Positions 49,090-57,990 of a DNA stretch of 64,000 nt are shown here, piece by piece. Position numbers and translations under genes: made by a program. The notes under the pieces were generated by a model that had not been told where the DNA came from, searched no databases, and saw only the letters and a list, made by a program, of their open reading frames with translations. Positions within the stretch are counted from its first letter, which is position 1; every line of letters begins with the position of its first letter. This DNA comes from Bacteriovoracia bacterium (GTDB lineage Bacteria; Bdellovibrionota; UBA1018; CAIPTA01). The DNA is taken from positions 256,001 to 320,000 of the forward strand of contig JBFWVL010000002.1 of NCBI GenBank assembly GCA_050246755.1, given 5' to 3'.

Positions 49090-49566
49090 CTAGTGGTGGT
49101 GGCCGTGAGGCCCATGCGCGTGGCCGTGGCTTACTTCATCGTCCGTGGCGGGGCGCGTTTCGGTAACTTCCACTTCGAAGTGGAGTTTTTTGCCGGCGAG
49201 CGGATGGTTTCCATCGATCGTAACTTTTTCCCCGGTAAGGGCCATTACCGTGAACACGGGAGAATGGTCGTCCTGGCCGCCGCGAAAGCGATCGCCCACT
49301 TTCAAGTTAACGTCCGCGGGGAATTGCTTGCGGTCTACTTGAAGCACGAGATCGTCCCGTTTTTCTCCGTAACCTTCGCCGGCTTCCACGGTCACTTTCT
49401 TTTTATCGCCGGTTGCAGCGGTGCTCAGTTGTTTTTCCAAACCGGGAATAATATTTCCGGCGCCCTCAAGATATTGCAGCGGTTCGCCGCCCTGGGAGCT
49501 GTCGATCACGGTGCCTTGATCGTCTTTCAAAGTGTAATGAATGGTGACTACGCGCGCCTTACTCAT
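49090..49566 (-). CDS. slyD: FKBP-type peptidyl-prolyl isomerase SlyD
   Basis: VTIHYTL, IIPGLE, DGNHPLAG..LHF.VEV, His-rich tail HGHAHGPHGHHH. Confidence 0.95.
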   Translation of the reverse strand: MSKARVVTIHYTLKDDQGTVIDSSQGGEPLQYLEGAGNIIPGLEKQLSTAATGDKKKVTVEAGEGYGEKRDDLVLQVDRKQFPADVNLKVGDRFRGGQDDHSPVFTVMALTGEKVTIDGNHPLAGKKLHFEVEVTETRPATDDEVSHGHAHGPHGHHH

Positions 49567-49680
49567 GGGAACCTCCGGATTTTCGGCATAGGACCACAAA
49601 ATGTCACCGTTGTGTAGGGAAAAAGCTGATAGGATATTGGTGAATTCCAAGATTGCCCGTTCATTTTTTAAGGAGTGAAA

Positions 49681-49983
49681 ATGTTTGTTCGTAAGTTCGT
49701 TTCTTTGGTTTTTTTGTTCGCGTTAGCCATGCCCGTTTTGTCGCACGCAGGCACGCACCATCCCGACCGTTCCACCGCAGCCGCTAAGCATAAAAAGGCG
49801 AAGGGCAAGAAGGCAAAAAAAGGAAAAGTGAAAAAGGCCAAGATGGCACGCAAAGCAAAAGCCAAAAGCAAGAGAGCCAGCCATGCTCCCACCCACGAGA
49901 TGGGCGAAGGCGTGAACCATACTCCTCCCGAAATGAAGGAAGATCTGCCGGCTCCTAGCGTGGAAAGCACCACCGAAGAGTAG
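49681..49983 (+). CDS. Secreted low-complexity Lys-rich protein (Asr-like architecture)
   Basis: Signal peptide ending SHA, KHKKAKGKKAKKGKVKKAK block, acidic tail; SD AAGGAG. Confidence 0.75.
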   Translation: MFVRKFVSLVFLFALAMPVLSHAGTHHPDRSTAAAKHKKAKGKKAKKGKVKKAKMARKAKAKSKRASHAPTHEMGEGVNHTPPEMKEDLPAPSVESTTEE

Positions 49984-50103
49984 AAAAGAAAAACCCTTTT
50001 ACCACCATGGTAAAAGGGCCTTCCCAGTCAATCAGGTATGCTTCTAAGAGATAAAAGCAGGGAGGTCGTTATAGGGCCTCGCTGCTTTTTTTTTAAATTT
50101 ATA
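49984..50103 (-). ncRNA. Candidate small RNA divergent from the LysR gene
   Basis: Minus-strand TTGCTA-N16-TAGATT promoter (50137-50110), 5' hairpin (50057-50085), perfect 11-bp terminator stem (49994-50018) with the U-tract on the minus strand only. Confidence 0.4.
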
Positions 50104-50141
50104 TTAGACAATCTATTATTCTTTTAATACATAGCAATGCC

Positions 50142-50921
50142 ATGGAACTCATCTCGCACGAACTCTCGGTATTATCTCGGGCCGTGGCCTACAAAAACCT
50201 CTCCGGTGCTTCCCAGCACGTAGGCCTTAGCCAGCCCCAGCTTTCCCGCATCGTAAAGAAAATCGAAGAAACCTTCTCGATCGTGCTCCTGGATCGCGGA
50301 GCCAAGCGCAACGCCACGTGGACTCCCACGGCCCATCGCTTGGCCGACTTTTACCTTAAAAAAATGCGCCTTTTCGACCGTGAACTCGAATCCCTTTTGG
50401 TTGCCAGCCAAACCAGGCAGCTGCAGGTAGGCACTCTCGAAGGACTCGCCGGGATGGCATTGCCCTACGTGCATCATCTGTTAGAAAAAGTGCAGATTCG
50501 CCTCGTGGAGATCGACGTTTTCGATCTTGATCGCCTGGAAGAGTTGTTTTCACGAGGCGAGCTCGACCTCGTCTTCACTTCCCGCGAGCCCGGCCGCAAA
50601 AAATATTTGTATTCCCACGTGATGGGCTACCAGTCGCTGGATCGCGTGAGCAGCAATGCGCATTTCCAAGTGATGAGCACCTACGAGTACGGCTCGAAGC
50701 GGGATAAACTCAAAGAAGTGGAGCGGCTCCTTATTAGCAATTCGCTTGGGATCCGCCGCGAGTGGTTCAAGCGGTTCGGCGGAACTGGCACGATTCCCTC
50801 GGAGCCGCGTACCGAGAAGAGAACCTCGGCCGATACGGAAAGCATCATCATGATCGGATCCGATACGCTGAGCCCGAAAGTATGGCAGGAACTAGTAAGA
50901 GCGGCGGGCAAGTCGAAATAG
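50142..50921 (+). CDS. LysR-family transcriptional regulator
   Basis: NLSGASQHVGLSQPQLSRIVKKIE wHTH; GELDLVFT; shortened effector domain. Confidence 0.85.
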   Translation: MELISHELSVLSRAVAYKNLSGASQHVGLSQPQLSRIVKKIEETFSIVLLDRGAKRNATWTPTAHRLADFYLKKMRLFDRELESLLVASQTRQLQVGTLEGLAGMALPYVHHLLEKVQIRLVEIDVFDLDRLEELFSRGELDLVFTSREPGRKKYLYSHVMGYQSLDRVSSNAHFQVMSTYEYGSKRDKLKEVERLLISNSLGIRREWFKRFGGTGTIPSEPRTEKRTSADTESIIMIGSDTLSPKVWQELVRAAGKSK

Positions 50922-50924
50922 ACG

Positions 50925-51974
50925 CTATTTCAGGTTCATCGCGCGTTTCATGATCTCGATTAATTTTTCTTTGCGCATCTTGAGTATCGCCGTGGCGGGC
51001 GTGGCCCAGTCGCCGAAGACGGGATCTTTATCGTCTACCGGGGTTCGCCATATGCCTGCCATACGGTCGGCCAAACCGAGTAGAACGGCAAACTTGTAGT
51101 TCTGCGCATCCACTTCCTTTAAGCAGTAAGGCTCCCGAAAATAGCGAACCGCCGGCGTGAGTGAGTGAAACACATCGTAGTAGTGCAGCAAATGGGCGCT
51201 CACTTCTTCGTGGGCCACCCCGAACGCTGCGCGTTCCGCCAGCGACCTGGCCAGCGCGGGAAGCTTTGCGTCCGCTTCATGGGCCCGCTCCAGCTCGGCG
51301 TAGCCGCCCTTGGCGTCGGGGTAATTCGCGGCCAGCAACAGCTTGCCGGCTTGGGTGAGCATGCCGGCGGCGATCGCGTATTTGGGCGTAAATCCCGCCA
51401 CGTCTTCCGCTAACAGGTAAGCGATCACGCCCGTGCGTTGCGCGCGCTTCACGATATCGCGAAAATAGGGCTCCGATTTTTTAAAGTTCGGGTCTTTCGC
51501 CTGAGTATTGAGAAAGCAGTCGAAAAAAACTCCCGCGGCGTAGGCCGTTTCCGAATATTCGAGATTATTTCTCAGGAAAAGCTCTTCGCTGTCGATCGCG
51601 GTTTTCAGCAAATCGGCCGACTTTATTTCCACCGATCCATCCGGCATCACCGGAAAGGAGCCCTCTTTGGCTTTATGCAGCTGGAGCGCCACGATTAGGT
51701 TCCGGCTGCCGATCATTCCCAGGAGATTCACGAGGCGGTGCGTGGGGCTATCTTGTTCTTTGTCTTTTCCCTCGGCGTTCTTATCGGGCGCGGCGGTTTT
51801 TTTGGCGATGAAGCGAAAAAAGAGGGAACGGTACACCTGGTTCCTGTTAAGGATGCGCACCAAGTCGTCGGCGCTCACATCGATATCGATAAATTCCTGG
51901 AGCGTGTCACGGGCGGTAGCGCCTATATGATAGGGGAGAAACTGACCCGTTTCCTGGAAGGAAAACGCTTTCAT
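50925..51974 (-). CDS. HDOD-domain-like protein (degenerate HD motif)
   Basis: RLVNLLGM..SRNL, AAGMLTQAGKLLL (vs GLLHDIGK), ERAAFGVAHEEVSAHLL. Confidence 0.7.
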   Translation of the reverse strand: MKAFSFQETGQFLPYHIGATARDTLQEFIDIDVSADDLVRILNRNQVYRSLFFRFIAKKTAAPDKNAEGKDKEQDSPTHRLVNLLGMIGSRNLIVALQLHKAKEGSFPVMPDGSVEIKSADLLKTAIDSEELFLRNNLEYSETAYAAGVFFDCFLNTQAKDPNFKKSEPYFRDIVKRAQRTGVIAYLLAEDVAGFTPKYAIAAGMLTQAGKLLLAANYPDAKGGYAELERAHEADAKLPALARSLAERAAFGVAHEEVSAHLLHYYDVFHSLTPAVRYFREPYCLKEVDAQNYKFAVLLGLADRMAGIWRTPVDDKDPVFGDWATPATAILKMRKEKLIEIMKRAMNLK

Positions 51975-52038
51975 AAATAAAGGATAACTTACAAACGGGT
52001 CCGTTGCGAGCTTCGCTAAAACAGCCTATCCTGAAAGC
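51975..52038. promoter_or_regulatory. Symmetric bidirectional sigma70 promoter sharing one -35 hexamer
   Basis: CAT-N6-AGGATA-N17-TTGCGA-N17-TATCCT-N6-ATG. Confidence 0.7.
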
Positions 52039-52440
52039 ATGAACACTACCGCGAAAGACATTATGTCGAGCCGCCTGATTGTGGCTCGCGAAGGCATGAA
52101 TATCGAAGATGCCCTGAAACTCCTCGTAAACAACAAGATAACAGGTTTGCCGGTGGTAGATGACTCCGGAATGATCATCGGCATATTGTCGGAATACGAC
52201 ATCATCGCCCACGTGGGAAAGGAATCGCATATCACTTCGGAGATATTCCGCGAGAACGCCACTTATTCGAAGAACGTAGAATCCGTTACCGAGGAGACAT
52301 CGTTCACCGAGATCCTCGAGCGCTTCATCAAGCTTAAATGCCGCCGCCTGCCCGTACTCGACGCCAGCAAGCGTCTCGTGGGCATCATCTCCCGCCGCGA
52401 CGTGATGAAAGTACTTTACTACCGCGCGAAGGTTAACTGA
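52039..52440 (+). CDS. Stand-alone CBS-pair protein
   Basis: AKDIMS, ITGLPVVD..IIGILSEYDI, RRLPVLD..LVGIISRRDV. Confidence 0.92.
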   Translation: MNTTAKDIMSSRLIVAREGMNIEDALKLLVNNKITGLPVVDDSGMIIGILSEYDIIAHVGKESHITSEIFRENATYSKNVESVTEETSFTEILERFIKLKCRRLPVLDASKRLVGIISRRDVMKVLYYRAKVN

Positions 52441-53075
52441 TGAAGTTATCCCTGAAGCAAGAAGACGGGGTCTCCGTACTTGAGGTTTCAGGAGCCGTAG
52501 ACGCGCAAAATTTCCAGATTCTCAAGGCCGGTATCTCCAAGCTCCTGCGCGACGGAAAAAACCGCATCGTGCTGCAGGTTGTGGACGCCGACCAAATTCC
52601 CAGCGACGTGATGCGCGAGCTCGCGATCGTGGATGTTTTCGCCCGTGAGCTTTCGGGAAAAATCGTGCTGGCTTCCGAGAACGAGAAGCTCAAAGAAAGC
52701 GTGCGCGCTTTCGCCAAGCCGCCGATGATCCCCATCCTTTCCACCGTGGCCCTTTGCCTCGAGTATTTCAGAAACCTTTCCGCCGACGATGAAGAAGGCG
52801 GAGAATCGATAGAAGAGCTTAAAAAATCCGTTGCCGCGAAAGATAAAACGATCGCGGCCCTCGAGGCGCGCATCAAGCAGATGGATCCTAAAGAGTTGCA
52901 GGCTCTGCGCAACGATAAAGCGGCGCTGCAATCGAAAGTGACTTTATTGGAAACGCAGGTGGCTGAATTCGTCAAGGCCAGGCGCGATCCGGGCGACGTG
53001 GCCGGATTTTTGGAAAAAATCACTTTTCTTGAAGACAGCGTGAAGAAACTTTCCGCTGGGGCAAAAAAGGAATAG
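52440..53075 (+). CDS. STAS-like domain plus C-terminal coiled coil
   Basis: VSVLEVSGAVDA...RIVL N-terminal STAS-like fold; heptad-rich C-terminus. Confidence 0.65.
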   Translation: MKLSLKQEDGVSVLEVSGAVDAQNFQILKAGISKLLRDGKNRIVLQVVDADQIPSDVMRELAIVDVFARELSGKIVLASENEKLKESVRAFAKPPMIPILSTVALCLEYFRNLSADDEEGGESIEELKKSVAAKDKTIAALEARIKQMDPKELQALRNDKAALQSKVTLLETQVAEFVKARRDPGDVAGFLEKITFLEDSVKKLSAGAKKE

Positions 53076-53078
53076 GGG

Positions 53079-53276
53079 ATGGCTTCCCAAATTCAGAATA
53101 ACTGCAATAACTGTGGCGCCTGCGCCGCCGTATGCCCCACAAAAAGTATTTACTCGGGAGACGTCCATTTCCTCATCGATTTCGATACCTGCACCGACTG
53201 CCTCGCCTGCCTCGAAGTTTGCCCGGTAGACGCGATCCGCAATCCCAAAGTAAAGGTTGAGCGGAAAAAATCATGA
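53079..53276 (+). CDS. 2[4Fe-4S] ferredoxin
   Basis: CNNCGACAAVCP and CTDCLACLEVCP. Confidence 0.92.
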   Translation: MASQIQNNCNNCGACAAVCPTKSIYSGDVHFLIDFDTCTDCLACLEVCPVDAIRNPKVKVERKKS

Positions 53277-54337
53277 TCCCCGCCGGCTGCGTGCAAGCCT
53301 GTCCAGGCTGCAAGCAACGCGAACTCAGCGCCGAAGAGAGCGCCGCCCAGAAACAGGGCTGGGTAGAGCGCAAGCTCGAAACCGTTCGTACCTTGATTCA
53401 GCCCATTGTCGTTCCCGAAAAAAGATGGGGCTACCGCCGCAAAGCCACCTTGCACGCGCGTTTAGCGGAAGATGGTTGGCGGTTCGGGCTCATTCAATAC
53501 CGGGAGCGCGAAGAGATTTTTATTCCGATCCCGGATTGCCCGGTGCATTCGGAAGACCTGAACAAAATATTCGCCGCTTGCAAAGATTTGCCGAAAAATA
53601 TCCCGGTCGCCTTCGTGCAGGTTTCCGGAAAAGCCGTCACCTTAGTGCTGAAGTCGGGACGGGAAGAGGAATACCTAGCGCAGCTACGCCATTTTTTTCC
53701 GAAATTGGAAAGGGCGGGAGTTATTTCTCTTTTCGTCAACTGGCACGCCGCCGCCGGCCGGCGCGTGCTTTCTTCGCGGCATATGGAGAGAATAGCCGGC
53801 CCCGAATTTCTTCCGGAAGGGGCCTTTCTGCATGGGCCCACCGCTTTTCGCCAGCAAATTGCGGAACTAGAGGAGCAGGCCCACACGCTTGCCGAAAACC
53901 ATTTGGGCGCGCTGCCGAAAATCATTGATCTCTACTGCGGGCTGGGAATCTCGCTGGCTCGCTGGCGCAAATCCGGGCGCAGCGCCGTGGGCGTGGAACT
54001 CGTGGGAGAGGCCTGCGCGCTCGCGGCCCTCAATGCTCCCGGCGCCGAAATCCTAAAAGGCAAAGTGGAGGAGAGGATTCCCCAGATCGATATAACGGGG
54101 GAATTTGGGATCTATACTAATCCGCCACGCGAGGGCCAGGGGCACTTGGTTTCCGCTTGGATGAATCGCAGCGGCGCCACCCGCATCGCCTACCTATCCT
54201 GTAATATGCGCTCGCTTAGCGAGGATCTGGAAGGCTTACCCAATTATCGAGTGCAGAAAGTGCAGGCTTTCGATTTCTTTCCGCAAACCGACCACGTAGA
54301 GGCTTTGGCCCTGTTGGAAAGAATCCCGAGAGACTAG
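53273..54337 (+). CDS. RlmC/RlmD(TrmA)-family RNA uracil-5-methyltransferase lacking a TRAM domain
   Basis: C..ACPGC, YRRK, F.Q, DLYCGLG, NPPR.G, YLSCN, DFFPQTDHVE. Confidence 0.85.
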   Translation: MIPAGCVQACPGCKQRELSAEESAAQKQGWVERKLETVRTLIQPIVVPEKRWGYRRKATLHARLAEDGWRFGLIQYREREEIFIPIPDCPVHSEDLNKIFAACKDLPKNIPVAFVQVSGKAVTLVLKSGREEEYLAQLRHFFPKLERAGVISLFVNWHAAAGRRVLSSRHMERIAGPEFLPEGAFLHGPTAFRQQIAELEEQAHTLAENHLGALPKIIDLYCGLGISLARWRKSGRSAVGVELVGEACALAALNAPGAEILKGKVEERIPQIDITGEFGIYTNPPREGQGHLVSAWMNRSGATRIAYLSCNMRSLSEDLEGLPNYRVQKVQAFDFFPQTDHVEALALLERIPRD

Positions 54338-55374
54338 GCGCGCGCAAAATACGCCGCCGCCTGGCGCCAACGGTTTTTCCCAAGACGAAGCGCATTTTCC
54401 CGCCAAGCCGGATCGGCGGGGCAAAATATCTCCAGCATTTTTTTCTGCGTAGCCGGGGAAGCTCCCTGCACCGGTCCATTCGCGTGCCACTCAAAATTTT
54501 CGCGCCGTAATACGTCCAGTACTCTCCCAAAAGAGTAAGTGCCCAATTCCTGCAGCACGGCGTGCACCTGGGCACGGGGAAGGGCATCCCGTATCGCCAC
54601 GGAAAGCCGTCCCTGATTGATATAGCTTCCCTCGGAAGGGTCCGGCTTGGTTGTCGTGCGGCCGAATATCCGCCGGAAAAATTCCGGGGCGCTGGGATCC
54701 AGGTCTTCATCGGCAAATAGCCATTCACCGCCCCGCTCGCCGAGCCCGCTATGCACGTCGATCGCGATCGCCTCCTCCACCTCCGGGAAATGCGAGCGCA
54801 GTATTTCTTGCAGAAGCTGAATTTCCCGCTGGATGCTTTCGCCCATGAAAAAGAGGCCACGAGGAAAGGAATATTGCCCGGAAGCCACGGCCTGGGCCGT
54901 CCTTGCTTTCCCGAGTCTCTTCAGCTGGTAGAACGCCCGGAGCTTTCCCGTGAGAAATTCCAGCCTGGTTTTTGGATTCAGAAAGGAATTAAAAAGCGCG
55001 TAGTCGGGGTTAGGCAGCTTCGTTTTAGCGTAGTTGCGATTGAGGTCCACGTTCTGACCGTTGGCACGGCGGAAAAACTGCATTCCGTAGGGATTCACCG
55101 CGTGCACGAAAAGCAGCGAGGCATCGCCGGAGGGACCGGGTTCTGCCAAAATGGCCGCCTGGATGGCGGAACCGAGGTAGCCTTCGATGCCGTGCGTGCC
55201 GGAAAGATGAAGCACCAGCTTTTTCGGATCTCTTTTCACGAACGCAAAATCCAGGAATAGCTCGGAAGTGGCTTCGTGGGCCACGCGAAAGCGCACCTGG
55301 CGCAGCCCGTATTCTTCCGCCGCCACTAAGAACTTTTCGCGCGCTTCGTGGTATTCGGTGGAAAAGAAATTCAA
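54334..55374 (-). CDS. DUF2817 / M14-like zinc carboxypeptidase
   Basis: SGTHGIEGYLGS, HAVNPYG, RANGQNVDLNRN, DVHSGLG. TTG start overlapping the bcp stop, with SD GAGGAG. Confidence 0.85.
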   Translation of the reverse strand: MNFFSTEYHEAREKFLVAAEEYGLRQVRFRVAHEATSELFLDFAFVKRDPKKLVLHLSGTHGIEGYLGSAIQAAILAEPGPSGDASLLFVHAVNPYGMQFFRRANGQNVDLNRNYAKTKLPNPDYALFNSFLNPKTRLEFLTGKLRAFYQLKRLGKARTAQAVASGQYSFPRGLFFMGESIQREIQLLQEILRSHFPEVEEAIAIDVHSGLGERGGEWLFADEDLDPSAPEFFRRIFGRTTTKPDPSEGSYINQGRLSVAIRDALPRAQVHAVLQELGTYSFGRVLDVLRRENFEWHANGPVQGASPATQKKMLEIFCPADPAWRENALRLGKNRWRQAAAYFARA

Positions 55375-55805
55375 GCCAGCTCCTCGGCGGCCGCCAGCAC
55401 TTCCGCCACGTGTCCGCTCACCTTCACTTTGCGCCATTCGCGCAGGATTTTCCCTTTTTCGCTGATCAAGAAAGTGGAGCGCTCGATGCCGCGGAATTTC
55501 TTCCCGTAAAGGCTTTTCATCTTCATCACGCCGAATTTCTCGCTCAGCTCCTCTTCGGGGTCGCTTACCAGAGGAAAAGTAATCCCCGCTTTTACGCGGA
55601 ATTTTTCGTGGGAGGCGAGGCTATCGCCCGATACGCCGTATAGTGCCCAGCCTAGTTTAGCGAACTTTTTAGCCGCGGCCGAAAACTCCACCGCTTCCTG
55701 GCTGCAGCCCGGGGTATTGTCGCGGGGGTAGAAATACAAAACGAATTTTTTCCCCTTAAGGGCCGCGAGAGAAAAATGTTCCGCGCTCGTGGTTTCTAGT
55801 TTCAT
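55371..55805 (-). CDS. bcp: Bcp/PrxQ peroxiredoxin (1-Cys motif)
   Basis: LYFYPRDNTPGCSQEA, ERSTFLI. Confidence 0.92.
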   Translation of the reverse strand: MKLETTSAEHFSLAALKGKKFVLYFYPRDNTPGCSQEAVEFSAAAKKFAKLGWALYGVSGDSLASHEKFRVKAGITFPLVSDPEEELSEKFGVMKMKSLYGKKFRGIERSTFLISEKGKILREWRKVKVSGHVAEVLAAAEELA

Positions 55806-56728
55806 GATACCTCCTCGGTTCCAGGCAGTAGTTCTAAAGTTAAAGCCCCCAGAATCAATAGCGCGCCCAGGCCTTGCCAGAGGTCGAGTCTTTCACCGAG
55901 AAAGAAGTACCCGGCCACTGTGCCGAGGAGCGGTTGCGCCAGCAGCGTGAGCGCCACCATCGCCACGGTCGCGGTGGTTAATGCTTCCGACCAGAAAATA
56001 TAGGCGATCGCGGTGCCGATGGGGCCAACTAGCAGCAATGCGCCCAGCTTTCTTGGATCGTATAGCGGCTCCAGGCTTGGCCACGCTTCGCCCAGCAGCC
56101 AGAAGTAGCCGCTAAGAACTAAGAACCCAAACGCAAGGGAGGCGCCCAGGATCGAAATGGGCGTGATTCTTCCCACGAGCCGGCGGCTAATGATGGTATA
56201 GAGCGCCTCGCATGGCATCACCGCCAAGAAGAATAAATTTCCCACGCTGAAGAGCGAAAACGATTCGGCCAAATTATTCGGCTTTATATTGCTCAGCAGA
56301 AAAAATCCCGCCACCGCGATCGCGAAGCCGGTTTTTTGCCGGCCACTCAGTTTTTCCCCAAGGAATAGCCAAGCCAGCAGCGCCGCAAAGAGCGGCTCAA
56401 TCGCCACCACCAGGGAATTCGCCGTGGCGGTGGAGCGGGAAAGGCCCAAGTACTGTAAAATAGGGGAAGCGAAAAAAGTTACGAGTCCCATCGATGCGAT
56501 CCAATGAAAATTATTTCGGTGCACCACCGCGCGCAGAGGTGAAATACTTTGCGGCCGAAGCCAGCGAAATAGACAAATCAGGAAAAGAGCCGTGCAGAGA
56601 GAAGCGCCATATCGAAGCTGGGCGAGCTGGAAGGGAGCATACGAGAGAAGAAGAAATTTTCCCATTATGGGCATCAGCGCCCATATCGCATTGCATGCTA
56701 ATAAACCAAGAAGAACCCACAAGCTCAT
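55802..56728 (-). CDS. EamA/DMT-family transporter
   Basis: About 10 TM helices; two EamA repeats (EPLFAALLAWLFLGE, QPLLG..AGYFFLGE). Confidence 0.88.
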   Translation of the reverse strand: MSLWVLLGLLACNAIWALMPIMGKFLLLSYAPFQLAQLRYGASLCTALFLICLFRWLRPQSISPLRAVVHRNNFHWIASMGLVTFFASPILQYLGLSRSTATANSLVVAIEPLFAALLAWLFLGEKLSGRQKTGFAIAVAGFFLLSNIKPNNLAESFSLFSVGNLFFLAVMPCEALYTIISRRLVGRITPISILGASLAFGFLVLSGYFWLLGEAWPSLEPLYDPRKLGALLLVGPIGTAIAYIFWSEALTTATVAMVALTLLAQPLLGTVAGYFFLGERLDLWQGLGALLILGALTLELLPGTEEVS

Positions 56729-56778
56729 AGAGCTTGAATACTAGTTGTTTTTTCGTCGCGCTGCTATACCTTAAGTGC

Positions 56779-57990
56779 ATGGAAAATTGGCAAAATTGGG
56801 ATTTATATAACCCTACGAATGAACACAAAATGTTGCGCGCGCTGGTACGCGATTTCGTTCGTCAAGAAGTGGAACCCCAGGCCAATGAGCACGATCGAAA
56901 AGAGAAATTTAACCTCCCTTTATTTCGAAAATTAGGGGAGCTTGGCCTGCTCGGGATTACCGTCCCGGAAGAATTTGGAGGCTCGGGCCTTGATGCTTCT
57001 GCGGCCTGTCTAGTGCACGAAGAGCTTTCGTGGTCTGATCCAGGTTTCGCCCTGGCCTACCTCGCGCATTCGATGCTCTGCGTGAATAATTTGGCGCGGA
57101 ATGCCTCACCGGAACAGAAAAAAAAATACCTGCCTAAGCTTTGCTCGGGCGAATGGGTCGGCGCGATGGCTATGTCAGAGCCGGGCGTGGGCACCGATGT
57201 GGTGGGCATGGAAAGTTCCGCGCTGCTGAAAAATGGCAGCTACGTGGTAAATGGCCGCAAGATGTGGATCACCAACGGGACCTTAGATGATGCCGGCACT
57301 CCGGCTGATGTGGTGTGGCTCTATGCCCGTACCGACGATCAGAAATCCGGCAAGCGAGAAATGTCTACCTTTCTGGTGGATCGCACCTGCGCCGGCTACT
57401 CGGTGGGCCAAAAAATCGGCGATAAGCTCGGCATGCGCGCCTCGAATACCGCCGAGCTGGTTTTTGATAATTGCCAAATTCCCTCCACGAATCTTGTGGG
57501 CAAAGAGGGCGGAGCTCTTCTGCACATGATGAAAAACTTGGAGCTGGAGCGCCTCACCTTGGCGGCCATGAGCCTGGGCTTGGCCCGCCGCTCCCTCGAG
57601 GTAATGACCCGCTACGCGAATGAGCGCCAGGCCTTCGGGCAATCCATCTCCAAATTCGGCCAGATCCAAAAGCATATCGGCGAAAGCTTTGCGGAGTATC
57701 GCGCGGCGCGCGCCTACGTGTATGAAACCGCCCGCCATATTAACCTGGATGAGGAAGGCAATCGCCTCGATTCGGACGGCGTGAAGCTCGTGGCCTCGAT
57801 GATGGGCAAAAAAGTTTCCGACTCCGCCATCCAAGTACTCGGCGGCTACGGCTACGTGGGTGAATACGTGGTGGAACGCCTCTGGCGCGATGCCAAGCTC
57901 CTCGAAATTGGCGGCGGCACCCTTGAGGCGCACCAAAAAAATATTACCCGCGATCTCGCGAAGAATCCGGCCATGGTGGCGGATTTGTGA
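56779..57990 (+). CDS. ivd: Isovaleryl-CoA dehydrogenase-like acyl-CoA dehydrogenase
   Basis: YLAHSMLCVN, AMSEPGVGTD, KMWITNG, KLGMRAS.TAELVF, LWRDAKLLEIGGGT. Start set at ATG 56779. Confidence 0.8.
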   Translation: MENWQNWDLYNPTNEHKMLRALVRDFVRQEVEPQANEHDRKEKFNLPLFRKLGELGLLGITVPEEFGGSGLDASAACLVHEELSWSDPGFALAYLAHSMLCVNNLARNASPEQKKKYLPKLCSGEWVGAMAMSEPGVGTDVVGMESSALLKNGSYVVNGRKMWITNGTLDDAGTPADVVWLYARTDDQKSGKREMSTFLVDRTCAGYSVGQKIGDKLGMRASNTAELVFDNCQIPSTNLVGKEGGALLHMMKNLELERLTLAAMSLGLARRSLEVMTRYANERQAFGQSISKFGQIQKHIGESFAEYRAARAYVYETARHINLDEEGNRLDSDGVKLVASMMGKKVSDSAIQVLGGYGYVGEYVVERLWRDAKLLEIGGGTLEAHQKNITRDLAKNPAMVADL

